A DNA stretch of 54,515 nucleotides, counting the filler, from Bipalium vagum (Eukaryota), in the NCBI GenBank assembly GCA_037834085.1. It is 3 parts of 3 records of this genome, joined end to end, with 100 filler letters (N's around TTAATTAATTAA, not from the genome) between each part and the next. Parts side by side here need not be neighbours in the genome. Positions count along the whole stretch, not along the records: positions 18,817 to 38,396 come from JBBMKC010272238.1; positions 38,497 to 54,515 come from JBBMKC010131947.1; 1 more part is not named here. One strand, given 5' to 3'. Both the position numbers and the translations under genes were made by a program. Position 1 is the stretch's first letter. The number at the start of each line of letters is the position of its first letter. The notes below the pieces were generated by a model that had not been told where the DNA came from, searched no databases, and saw nothing but the letters and a program-made list of their open reading frames with translations. Positions 26,911-39,639 of the stretch are shown in pieces.

Positions 26911-27159
26911 GTTTTTCCAAGCAAAAATCTACAGATCAGAATTTTACAAACCATCGGCTGACATTATCATCGGGACATTATCATCGAAGACATCCTTCAT
27001 GTTCCTGACGGTCAAAGCTATCGTGTATTTTCTACGGAGCTCTTATTCCATTACTATACGAATTATGGATTTTTCCATTATGTATAAACTGTAATTTACA
27101 AATCATATATTGATCTAAAATAGATGCCATACTTGATATTTTGAAAGCGTGTGGCCATA

Positions 27160-27860
27160 GCTAAATACTAAAAGAAGGAAAGGAAATGAGCCATTGATCG
27201 GTAAAAATGGTAATCGCTAGATCTGGACTGAATGGATGATGTGGTAAAATTTCAACTCCTTCTAATTGGGTAATTTTATTTTGCGTTACTCGCGCAGTAT
27301 ACGGACGAGCATTATCCTGTTGCAAAAGCACCTGCTTTCTCTTGACTAAAGCAGGATATTTTATGCCTAATTGTTGGTTCATTCGATCGAATTGAATGTA
27401 ACTCTAATATAACTCTAATTGAATATAACTCTAGTTGAATACAACTCTGCAGTAATGGTTTGGCCATCTGGAAGTACTTCGAAGTGTATAATCCCCTCAG
27501 AGTTCCTCCACACGCACAACATGATCTTTTTCCGAACTTATCTTGTTTTGGACCAGCCTTGGACTTCTGCCCTGGTTCTAACCATTGATTTCTCCTGTTC
27601 AGATTATAAAATATATCCATTTTTCGTCGCACGTGAGTATGCGACGTATAAATTGTTCATCATTTGGATTATTTAATAATTGACGACAGATCGACAAACG
27701 GCTTTCAGCTTGACTTTCAAATCATGCGCTACTTCAGAAACGCTCTTGTATCGCTTGTTAAGTTGACGTATTGACGAACAGATGACGAACCACGGATGGT
27801 TGTAATGATCCGGTCTCAGCCGACAATCTACGCCTACTATTTGATGGATTCATTTATACG
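27160..27860 (-). mobile_element. Degenerate mariner (DD34D) transposase core
   Basis: MLCVWRNSEGIIHFEVLPDG and YPALVKRKQVLLQQDNARPYTARVTQNKITQLEGVEILPHHPFSPDLA; frameshifted. Confidence 0.88.
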
Positions 27861-28796
27861 GCTTTGAGGATAGCTTTCGAACCTACAGTGGTAGTCAGTT
27901 GTAGTCGCTTTGTCAGATGTGATAACAAATAGAAAAATTGCTTTTAACAAATATATTAAAAATTAAAACACTTAAACAAATTTTTCATATTTAATATATC
28001 AGTATAATGCGCCTTTATTATAAGAAATTTTTAATGTATAAAAATAGCACTTCAAATATTGAGGTATGTCATAAAATTTCTAATTTTCTCCAATCGGTAT
28101 AAATGCTCACAACAGTAATAAAAATTTATTTTTGTCGAAACCTTTTCATTGTAACTGTATTTGTCTTGGGCTTCGAGTTCATATGACAAAATATTCTTTC
28201 ACTGTTGAAATAATGAAAATCATTAAAATAATAATATTGAAATTAAAGAAATCAATTGGGAACAGGAAATCTTATGAATACACAAGAAAAATTAATGTTA
28301 TGCAAATTACTGAAATTAGCAATTAAGGATTATGGTAAAAGTCAGAATTTATTAGGTCTATTTTTATCTCTTTAATAAAATTAATTAAAAAAATATTATT
28401 TATTAAATTTTGTTTATCTAATTTAATAAAAATATTTTTTCGAAAGATAAATGCTATCAAAACCATCTAGACATGTTCTTTTTCTTTCAGAGAAATTTAA
28501 TAAATATTAAACATTTGACTGATTTAAACAAGGATTTTTTATAAGAATTTTCTTTCATATCTTGCAAATGCAAAATATCAAAAAAAACTCGTTCTCAGAC
28601 TCTGGCTTGTTACATTTTTTTATGAAGTAAAATTATTAAAGAATAAATTAAAAATTAAAATATATTATTAAATGAAAACAATAACGTGTTTTAATTTATT
28701 GCTGACTTTGAACAGAATTTTATGAGAAAAATAAGTGTTTAGCATATTTTTAAGGACTTTGTATTTTATTATCCATAATCCTTTTTAATATAATAA

Positions 28797-28985
28797 NNNN
28801 NNNNNNNNNNNNNNNNNNNNNNNNNNNNNNNNNNNNNNNNNNNNNNNNNNNNNNNNNNNNNNNNNNNNNNNNNNNNNNNNNNNNNNNNNNNNNNNNNNNN
28901 NNNNNNNNNNNNNNNNNNNNNNNNNNNNNNNNNNNNNNNNNNNNNNNNNNNNNNNNNNNNNNNNNNNNNNNNNNNNNNNNNNNNN
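28797..28985. other. Assembly gap (189 N)
   Basis: Run of N read directly. Confidence 0.98.
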
Positions 28986-29877
28986 GGAGAATTGCCGAAA
29001 TTCCAAAATGCTTCCATGATTCAATTTTTGGAAAATTTATAAATGACTTTCTCTTGATAAATTTTAAGTGACTGTCTTCCATTATGATTTTGCATTCATA
29101 TATTAACAATATCTAATAAAGAAACATCTGGGAGTCGAAAAAATAATCTGTAAGTTTTTTTGTGACAAATATTATTAGTTAGGAATTGATGAAAAATTAA
29201 ATTCTTAAATTTTTAAAAATTAAAATGTATGTGAAATATTTTATTTATAATTTCTATTTCAAATGTTTTCCTGTTTAAAACAAATTTTAATTTAGATTTA
29301 TTCAAATATATTATGGTAATTCGTTTCAAATTTTATGATTATATTAGTTGCATAACACGGATGTTACGTAAGTCCACAAACTTGTTTAGTACTTAATTTT
29401 TAACTATTCATAATATTTTTAAAACTTATTGAGACAATTAAGGTATTTAAAATCTTATAGTATTATTTTTTTCTTTAAATTGTTACAATTAAATTATGAT
29501 TCAAAATTAAAACTTCACGTGGTTTCATTATACTCCTTATATTTATAAATAAAGCTATTCTTAACATATATAAAAATTTTAATATTTTTCAGTTTTTAAA
29601 AAAATAATTATTATTATATTTTATTTTTCAACAAAAGAAATGAAACATTTAGATTCTGATTTTAACTTCTCGTAATATCACAACAAAATAACTTTTCTTT
29701 TAGTTTTATTTCAGTTAATCATTACGAGGAATCCCAGAGATATCACCCCCTACTACCAAATTTCGGCGTTGCAAGCAAAAAAGCGAACAAGCAGTAGCAT
29801 TGAGTGCGCGATTACACATACATCAATAAAAAATAGTGAGAACGTACAGTACGTTGTTTAAAGACAAATTAAACGTT

Positions 29878-30391
29878 TTGAGCAAACGAGATATTTCTTT
29901 CAGATGGGTCGAAATTGCTCCAATTTTTACACCTAACTCTTTTGCTATGTCTCTAACTGTGGTACGTGGATTCGCCTCCACCAATGCTTTCAATTCGTCA
30001 TTATTGATTGAACTCCTTCGACCACAACCCTCTTTATCTTTGATTGTTTCGTCTCCTTCGCTAAATCTTTTAAATCAATGTTGTACGGTGCGTTCGGTAG
30101 TCGTTCCTTCACCAAATGCTAAGTTGATGTTCGACTTGCTTCTGCTGCTGTGTGACTCAGCTTAAATTCATATAAGTAAATTGTACGTAATTGATTATTT
30201 TCCATGTTACCTTAAAAAATTAATGAAAACGTTATTTAAAATTAAATAATTTCGAAATGCTTACAAAATATAATTTATATTTCACGTTTTAAATTGATAT
30301 ATAAAATATATTAAAACAACACAAAGTTATGGTAAACTAACGTTAAATAAAATAGATTTAAAAAACCGACGTTCATTTCTAAACAACCTAA
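29878..30391 (-). mobile_element. Mariner 5' half (TIR and N-terminal HTH domains)
   Basis: TA+TTAGGTTGTTTAGAAATGAACG terminus; MENNQLRTIYLYEFKLSHTAAEASR..AFGEGTTTERTVQH.FKRF...ELKALVEANPRTTVRDIAKELGV. Confidence 0.88.
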
Positions 30392-32762
30392 TACATCAAA
30401 ATTTTTAATAATTATTTTGTTATTTAATACATACTTATAGTATTGTCACACTAAAATGAGCTTGTATTCACCACCGTCCCCCTAGATCCTTGCAGCGCCC
30501 ACAAGGGGGTGGTTGTGTCAATTTCGGAAATTCCTGGTTTAAAATGAGAAACGTAGTAATATTTTACTGCAAGAAGGCTAAAGAAGTTTAAAGGGTAGTG
30601 AAAAAGGAACAATATCACTAATTATCTATTAATCAAATGATTCCTGTACAAAATTTGTGTTTAAGATGAGCATTGCGTACTTTTCTTAGATAATGAACTG
30701 CAAAAAGCTAAAATAATTGACAAATAATTTAAAAATAGGAATATTACAGTTTATACCGTTCTTTTTAAATCTGGGGTCTAAATCAAGAAGAGAAAACTGG
30801 TGGTTATTTATTAAAAATTGAATCCACAAATTAAAAGCACAGCTAAAAATTTAATTAGTCAATGACAAAACCTTAAAAATCTGATCCGATCAATATAATT
30901 TACATTGGCTGCTCTATGGCCTCACCAAGTAAGCAGTAAGCTCTAATTGATTGAGAATGGTTTGGGGGGAAAACAAAAACAAATCCAATTTTGTTTTAAT
31001 AAAATTAGAGATCGATAAATAAAATCTTACTTTTTTAAAACATTATTTCCAGCCCTTTTCAAAGTCATATTATATTGTTTTTAATGTTTTTATTGAATAT
31101 TATTTATAAATATATTCAGAATTGAGATAAATAAGAAAATTTAAAAAAAATAAATAAAATAAAAAATAATAATTCAATAATAGTAATAGTAATAATACTA
31201 ATAGTAATAATAATAGTAATTCAATTCGCCGTTTTCAGAGAATTTGTAAATTCATAATGTACAATTATTATTTTTATTTCAGCTTGAATTGAATATTCGC
31301 AACAATAATAAATCCCAGTTGCTTGTGCAAAACAAACATACATTTTTAAAAAAATTAATCTCTTAAATTTATTTTTTGGCATTTTCGCAGTGGAAAATTA
31401 ATAAGATTGTACTTTTTACAGTAATTTATAACACAATTAAGTGATTTTTTATTTTATTAAAGTACATTAAAATTTATTGAATTATTTTTTTTATTTTCTA
31501 TAAATAAATAAATAAATAAATATAATTAATTTAATTAATATTGAAAATTTTACAATAATTTTAATAATAGCAATATCATAATATATTATAATACGATTTA
31601 GTGATCTATATTTTTTTATATTTTGTTGATGCTTAATTATCCGCCGTTTGTTTAACTATATTGTCTTTAATTGATTATTATTGGCAATATTCATCTATTA
31701 TCAAGATATAAGTCTTTCAAAAATCACATGCACATTTGTTATATCATTCTCTGCCGCTACGAGAAAGAATAGCAGGTAGAGCATAATCATATCTTGACTT
31801 CAGCAAAGTTTTCGTCAAAGAACAATTAACGAAAGATAATATTTATAATGGTTTTCGCGTTTAAAAAGCGGTGAAATCAACTGTTATGGAAGCCGAGGGC
31901 GAATATACTCCAGAATAAATTTTTAAATGTACTTATTTGTTGTCTTCTACAATAAAAATTGTTAGAAAACGTTGAGTTGTTATGAATCAACATAATATGA
32001 TTTCAATCACTTTCTTTGATATCATCACAATTTCTTATTGCTAAAATATGTTTCAAAATATTTTAATAAACTCTATCATAAATCTTATAGGCCTCTTATT
32101 ATTTATTTATTATCAAAATAAACTTTCTCAGTCTTATCTTTCAAATGCCTTATGATTTTTATGAATCTGGGGAAGAAACTAATTTTCTTTTCTGTGTGAT
32201 TCTTTGCCCTTTTCTGTTTTTAGGAGGATTTTCGTGACTGAAAAATATAATGAAAAGCCTCCCGTCTGTATTTTTTATCATATTTCTTCCAATTCCTTAT
32301 AGACTTGTCTGTTATTATTTGCAGAAGAAAATGACATAAAACATTTTTCATCTATGGACTTTTGAAATGATCAAGCAAAAACCTCAGTTTATCTAAAGTA
32401 ACTGAAAAATGTAACTTAAAAATTTCATGGTAATCTTTTCATAAATCCTTTTAGAGTCGTCATTTTAAGAAAGAAGGATGCATTTCAGTAGAAAATTTTT
32501 AAGTTGTGTCAATCATTTTGGTTTTGGATATTGAGTGTTGAATGGCAACGAAAATCTCGCAAAGAGTTCAAGAAAACAATGTGGAAATATTATTATTACA
32601 AGTGATCTCAATCAATATATAAATATAATAAAATAATCCTTCATCATGAAAGTAAAGAAATGATTATTAAGATTTCAGAAACAAAAGTACATCTACTTAG
32701 TATGTGAAATATTTTTATTTTCATAGGTTAAGAAAATATTTTATAAAAATATTCTATTATAA

Positions 32763-33599
32763 CCGTGTTTCCCCTATTATAGGACATGTCTTACACTTAA
32801 GGCTGTACCTAAAAGTTATACAATGCCTTATAACCATAATAAATAAAAAAAACATTCAAAATTATTTATTCATATATAAAAAATTCATCTTCCTCAAGAA
32901 TATAATTTGAGGCACCAATAGCCTCAAATGAATTTTTGAAGTCTTGCAGTTCCAATTCCTTCAGAACCTGTGGTCCAAGTCGTTCATGTTTTGTGATGAA
33001 TGTATCCTTAAATGCTAATATTTTAGCCAAGTTCCCTGAAATTGTCACTGACAATTTCCCACGAATTATTCATTCATAAAATGACCTCTTTTAAAGCTGG
33101 CTTCACACGTTCGATTTTTTGCATTCTGCTTTTTATGTATTTTTTTATTTCGCTGCGCATACTATCTTTAAACGGTCTATTTATAGTAAAATCAAGAGTT
33201 TGAAGATAGGTAGTCATTCCTCAATGAATTATTATTTGATCAATGGCTCTCTCCAAAAAATATTCTTCATTTAATACAGATATCAATGTATATTTCTTGA
33301 ATCATGCGCATAGGTAATAATTTCGTTTCGCAGATAACCTGTAGGTTTGAAGAATTTCGAGAATCTTCCACTATGCTTTTTTATAATCTTACGAATAGCT
33401 TTTTCGTTTTTGAACCATTTTGTATTTCTATTATACTATTATATATTATAATATTATAAATCATATAATCGATATAATCAATTATTTCCTTAAATAATAA
33501 ATTAACTGGATGACAACACAGTAATCAGATCATACCTTATTACACAAAATTAATAGGTGCCTTATAAACAGGAGATATCTTATAATAGGGGAAAAACGG
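32763..33599. mobile_element. Non-autonomous pogo/Tigger-like TIR element (about 840 bp)
   Basis: The inverted termini ccgtgtttcccctattataggacat and ccgtttttcccctattataagatat match at 22/25, with TA at the right flank. No intact ORF; family assigned from TIR style only. Confidence 0.72.
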
Positions 33600-34509
33600 T
33601 ATAAATATCTAAAAGTAAAAGAAAAAATCCCTTAAAATCCCTAACTGTTGTGTAAATTACAAACAAAAAGAGAAATAGGGAAATGTGAAAACAAAGAGAA
33701 TGGTAATCCTACTTAATAGTGATTATTGGAAAATATGATTTTAAATTGAATTTTAATATACTTGTGTAAGCTGATACAGTTTACCAAGTGTTATAATAAT
33801 TAAGGGTTAAATATTAACAAAATTAAAAATAATAATAAAATTAAAAACAATTACTTGCTCAATAAGCATAAATTATTTGTGATAATCTTTGAATGAATTC
33901 TCGTGTGTCCTTTGTCAAATGGATGATCCAATATTTATACGAATGCTGGTTTGTTTATGTTGTTTTTGACTTTATTAAACTGCTGATCGGTACATGATAG
34001 TTTTATGATTGTTTTTTAATTTTCAAATAGTCTCGTTTTATACTTTTGTGTTGACCTTTTATATTAAATTATTTATATAGTTTTTTTATTTTTAAACTTA
34101 ATTTTTTTCCTAATATAATTTCTGTCATAAAATTGCTTTCTTTTTTAGGTTCTATCATATTTTTTTGTTAAGTTTCTATTTTTAGAAATCCAGCTATTTC
34201 TAATTTTATTTTTATTTATTTATTTATTTATATATTATTCTTTATTTATCTATTATAATTAATTGTCAATATTAATAACAACAATAACCATAATATTAAT
34301 AATTGTTAGGGTTTTTAATTTCTTTTTTTAGGATTTCCCATTTTTACATGGGAAACAATAAAAAAATACTTTTATTAAAATAAAATCAATAAAAAATTGT
34401 CTCACTTAAAATCAAATTTTCACAATTTAAACCACAATTATTAGTTTATCTTAAGTCTCCACAATAAGAAAAAACATAATTTTGATCTGAACAAATATCT
34501 TTTTCAGTA

Positions 34510-34692
34510 TGTTTCATATTTTCTTCTGTTTATTTCATATTTTTTAATATTTTAATATTTCTCAAATTTTCATCTTTGCTTCATATTTTTATATTTTTTC
34601 ATTTTTTTATATTTCCATATTTTCATATTTTCATAATTTTTATATTTTTATATTTTCCTGTTTCCATATTTTCATATTGTAAGCATATTTTT
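34510..34692. repeat. Degenerate tandem array of 8-10 nt CATATTTT(T) units
   Basis: Repeated catatttt/tatatttt units read directly. Confidence 0.8.
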
Positions 34693-35389
34693 TGTCACTG
34701 CCATAATAGAAATAAACAATATTCTTTTGAGCCTAACTTGTTTTAATGAAAGATCAATATCGGTGTAATTATTTATTTTCTAACATTGTCAATATTAATT
34801 ATTAATATAGTATAATTTATTTAATTAATTATTATGACATGCAATTAAGGAAATATTAATTAATGTGTCATTTTGATACCGATAATTAGTTTGCTTATCA
34901 ATATTTTTTGCTTTGATATTTTAAAAAAGATATTTCTTTGAACAATAAAATTTTTTATTCATACTTTTTCAGAATTTTTCTATAAATTTCTTTTCAAAAA
35001 CAAAGTTTTTTTTATTTTTACAATTGTTTTACATAATATTTTACGAAATGTATTGAGACATTTTGGTATTTGATTAAACTGTTACTATCATTGTTTATTA
35101 CTTATTTAATGTAATAATACAAAATATATTTGATTGAGAAAAAATTAGGGTTCACCTGACTCACCTGACAAGTTCTACGGTCTTCATATATTCCTGCTTT
35201 TTATTCTATTCCTTTTGAGTCAAATTGACAGGTCTGTTAATGCTAATACTATACTCATTAATATTAATCTATCTTTAAAGGAGAGTATAAATACTCAAGC
35301 TATTAAAAACTCATTAGTTTGCCTACATTTTATTTGAAATCTCTTAAAATACATAAAGCTATTTTTAGTCTATTATTTTTCTTTTGAAA

Positions 35390-35830
35390 ATTCACAAGGA
35401 TCAAAAGTAACCCATTTCCTTTCTAAAAACGATTCAATGCCTCCTCAATTCCATTCGATTCTTTGAATGCAAAATGAGCATCGGATCATTATAATTTTAC
35501 TAAAAATAGAAAGCCGTCAATAAACAGCACCACCTCATCGAAGAAAATGCTAATCAGAAGTTGCCACGTCATATTGCTCGACGAATTAGGTAACCAATCA
35601 AATCGCACCACTTTAGTTTTCGAGCTCGATTTCCGAGCACAATTTCAGATTATGCTGAAGAATAATAACATGGTCCAGATTGGCTCTGCCTCATTCCGAC
35701 TGTGAGCAGCATCATTTACCAAAAATGCTTTTCAGGCTGCAAAAGTTCATAATGCAATATTCCATCGTAATTTCACAAAATATCAATGTTTTATTATTCC
35801 TTTTTCCTGAATCTTTTCCTGAAAAAGATT
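35390..35830 (-). mobile_element. Highly decayed mariner transposase relic
   Basis: NYDGILHYELLQP, VIILQHN and DVATSD.HF remnants. Confidence 0.6.
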
Positions 35831-36233
35831 CAAAGTGTAAGACGGGTTTTTATTTTAAAGTATGTGTCTCATTGAATTGTTTTCAAAATTTCAATTGTAA
35901 ATGACTTCGTTCGCAAAAAGTTTTGTTATCATGAAATTATGTGTAGCTCGTTATTATTGATTTTTAAAGTTCATTATTACAAAAATTTTATAACAATCAA
36001 TTTTATTAATATAAAACAATAAGACCTTGAAGGCGAATAAGATCTTATTCAGACCTGAGGTAGCATCTTTTTCAAAAATGATTGTTTTTTAGTTCTGTGA
36101 AATGATTTCGAAAACTCAAAATATTTTCATTTTAAATATTTTGTTTTAATTTTGAAATTTAATTTTTTGATTAGTTTATTAACAATATTTAATATTTATT
36201 ACAAATTGTTTAATAAATATAAAAAACATTTAC

Positions 36234-36352
36234 CTGGAACGTGGAGATAAACAGAGATATTGTATATGCAACATATAGCATATTCAAATATGTTGGAAAT
36301 AAAGGGAAGGTGGAGATATTTAGAGGGTATAATGTATTAATTGTAAGGTTCA
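36234..36352 (-). CDS. Candidate exon of a claudin/PMP22-like membrane protein gene
   Basis: ctttag| ... |gtaaat, phase 1/0; NLTINTLYPLNISTFPLFPTYLNMLYVAYTISLFISTFQ, hydrophobic end. Phase-compatible with 38143-38038. Confidence 0.35.
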
Positions 36353-36739
36353 CTAAAGTCACTTTAGAAAAAAAGCTTTAACTTTCAAATTAAAATCAAA
36401 ATTTCATATTAAAATTCGGAATAACATATAATTTTAGGGAAATTAACACCAAGTGGTACCCGTGAATATATAAACAGATTTTAGAATTTTTGTGATTTGC
36501 CTCACTATTTAAAATTAACTAATTATTTATTATATTTTATTATATTTTAAAAGGTTTTTTATTAAATTCCAAAATATTATCTCATATAAAATTTAATTTG
36601 AAAATATAAAAGCTCAATTAAGAATATTAGTGTATTGAATAAAATCTTTTGTTTAAATAATATCAGATTTTGGAGCGTGTTTTAAGGAAAAAAGTATATT
36701 TAAAAAAAATATTTATATTAATAATTTTTATTACAAAAT

Positions 36740-37441
36740 TAAAAGTTTACTGAACAACATACTCTTTAATGATGAGACGACCTTCTACACTTGTGGAAAA
36801 GGTAACCCACATAATTGTCGAATTTGGGGAATCAAAAAGCCAACTGAATTTCTTGAATATCAGAGAGATTCACTGAAAGTGAATGTTTGGCTAAGGATAA
36901 CAAAACCTTATTTCTCTCCAGTTGATACAGTTACAGGAGTTGTATATCTTGAGATGTTTTAAAAATTCGTGGAACCACTACTACTTTCAGAAGACATTCT
37001 TGACTCAGCTGTGTTTCAGCAGAATGAACTCCTTGTCATTATGCAAAGATCGTCGGAAAGCAAGTAAACAAAACATTCCTGAATCGCTAGATTGATTGTG
37101 GTGGACCACAATTATGTGCGACACGCTCTAAATTTAACACCCATAGATTTTAATACTTGGTGATTCACTGAGTCTAGTTGTACGCTGGTAAGAGAATTAA
37201 AAATGTTGCTGAACTTAAAAATCTAATTTCGGATGCAGCTCAGCAGATATCACCCCAAATGATAAAAATTGTGATTCGTGAAGCCAAACATCGTTTTGAA
37301 ATATGTAGAGAAACTGGTGGTCACCATGTAGAGATCTAATTATTTTATTATTATTTCGAATAAAGCATTTGATGAAAATAAAACTTGTTTTCAAAATTTT
37401 TAATGTTATTTAAAATAGATGGTGACCTTTGGAACACCATG
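36740..37441 (+). mobile_element. Rosa/DD41D-like Tc1/mariner relic, 3' part with TIR
   Basis: ILFNDETTF..GKGNPHNCRIWG, KVNVW, TVTGVVYLEM, VFQQN, C-terminal RFEICRETGGHHVEI-stop. Ends GGAACACCATG+TA. Subfamily inferred from motifs; spacing not countable because of frameshifts. Confidence 0.82.
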
Positions 37442-38037
37442 TACGTAAATGTTCGTACAAAATTGATTTTTTATATTTTGACGAAAAACTCCATTACTTT
37501 GTAGAAACACTGTTTTCGAATATTGTTGGTGTCCGTAAAGAAAATTCAGAGCATTATGGAGAAATCTATTTTAATTGAAAATTATTTTATTATATAAAAA
37601 TCAAATATTCTTTTATTTTTATGTTTCTAATGTCTGGAATTGATCATTAAGCCTTTGAAAAAATATAAAATATATGCTAAGAAAATGCGATCTTCAGAAG
37701 GCAAAAGAGAAAATATTTAGAAAAAAACAAGCTCTATGTAATAAATCAATTTTTAGGGGATTATTGAAGTGTAAATTTTATTACTAATATTAAAACAAGA
37801 AATGAAAAGGAGAAGATAAACCTGTATACAGGAGAATTATAAAGATTATTAAATTTTAACTACAGACTCAGCAACGAAAGGAAAGACGAAATCCGTATAC
37901 TGCGAGATTTATAATATATTTTCTGTTAATTTCAAAAAAAATCATTATTGAGTCTGGGAACCAAATAATTGTTCTCAAGGGAAAACTTATTAAGTTTCAC
38001 TCTACTGACGACTGAACATCGTTTGTGAGTGCCTTAC

Positions 38038-38143
38038 ACCAGTGGGAAAAAATATGATTAAAGTCACAAAGGTGGACAATAAACGATAAATTCTTCACAG
38101 CTCTGGGATCAGAAATGACTTCAAAACAGATTTTAAACAAACC
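38038..38143 (-). CDS. Candidate exon with a claudin/PMP22-like GLFxxC...C loop
   Basis: tttcacag| ... |gtaagg, phase 0/1; GLFKICFEVISDPRAVKNLSFIVHLCDFNHIFSHW. An alternative + strand reading also exists. Confidence 0.38.
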
Positions 38144-38396
38144 CTGTGAAATACAAATTCCTTTGAAATCTGAATCATCTCATTTTCGTGTACCATTATC
38201 ATGAATATAAGGTGAATATTTATTCAGCATCTTTAAGGATGAGATTAATTACGTTTTACATTTTTCAAATATAAAATGTAATGGGCTTAATTTAATTTTA
38301 TATGCAATTAATTTTTATATCCACATTTAATACAATGGAGTAAGTCTAAAACCATTTATTATTATTAAAATATATTGTTATTATTATTATTATTGT

Positions 38397-38496
38397 NNNN
38401 NNNNNNNNNNNNNNNNNNNNNNNNNNNNNNNNNNNNNNNNTTAATTAATTAANNNNNNNNNNNNNNNNNNNNNNNNNNNNNNNNNNNNNNNNNNNN
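38397..38496. other. Artificial scaffold spacer (44 N + TTAATTAATTAA + 44 N)
   Basis: Identical in structure to 18717-18816. Confidence 0.95.

Positions 38497-38566
<70 letters not shown>
38497..38566. repeat. (TTA)n microsatellite at contig start
   Basis: Read directly; a similar run lies at 18817-18854. Confidence 0.95.
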
Positions 38567-38636
38567 CAATTTAAAAATAATATTTTTAATGGAAAAGCAT
38601 TTTAAGAGAAAAAGTAAATTTCCTATGTTACTCTAG

Positions 38637-38894
<258 letters not shown>

Positions 38895-39189
38895 TAAGAC
38901 TAAATGTTATTATTTTCCGTTTTATTCGTACTAAACTCTAAGGATATATTTTTTCCAAAGTACCCATTAACCTAATGGATTTGATTTTCTGTTTCAAATT
39001 GACTTTTTATAATTATCTTCTTATTTCATATTATTAATGGGTTGACGAATAATATTTTGCCGATTTTTAGCATTTTATTTCATGATTAAGACAAGAATAA
39101 GTATATGTATTAAATCTATATATACTAGGCTTATTGAAATGTTCGTGGAGCGCTAATTTTGTCATTGTAAATTATATGCAGTTTGGTAT

Positions 39190-39470
39190 GAAAGCATTGA
39201 AGATGATTGTCGTTTTTATGAAAATCGCAATAAAAGATTAAGTACATACGTGATTTGGTGATGAATGATCATCGATTAACTTCTATTCAAATCTCTGATG
39301 CCATAGATATTTCAACTAAACGTTGAGGAATTAGGCTTCAAAAAGATTTTCGCGAATGGGTGTCGCATTTGTTAAATTTTGTTCAAAATGAATTTCGTGT
39401 AAACTTTCTATCGAATATTAGGATCTTTTTCTAAAGAAAAAACGGATTTTAAATTGACCAGCTTTTGTTA
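39190..39470 (+). mobile_element. Mariner (irritans-like) N-terminal fragment in the KLC intron
   Basis: VMNDHRLTSIQISDAIDIS...LGFKKIFA..WVSHLL (WVPH-like). Confidence 0.55.
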
Positions 39471-39639
39471 GGACATTATGGTGAATACTTTTTTTAATTA
39501 TAAACATTTGTCATTATTTTTGTTTCACTAACATTTAAATTTTCCTAGTTTTTAAACTAATATTATATCAAAAATCAATATAACTGAAATGAATTATTTC
39601 TTTTTTATTTAAAATTAGATTGCATTTTAGAACTGATGG

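Noticed and set aside
28750-29109. ORF-track entries containing X runs
   Set aside because: They are artefacts of translating across the N gap.
29836-30165. 109-aa plus-strand ORF
   Set aside because: It is the antisense shadow of the minus-strand mariner transposase.
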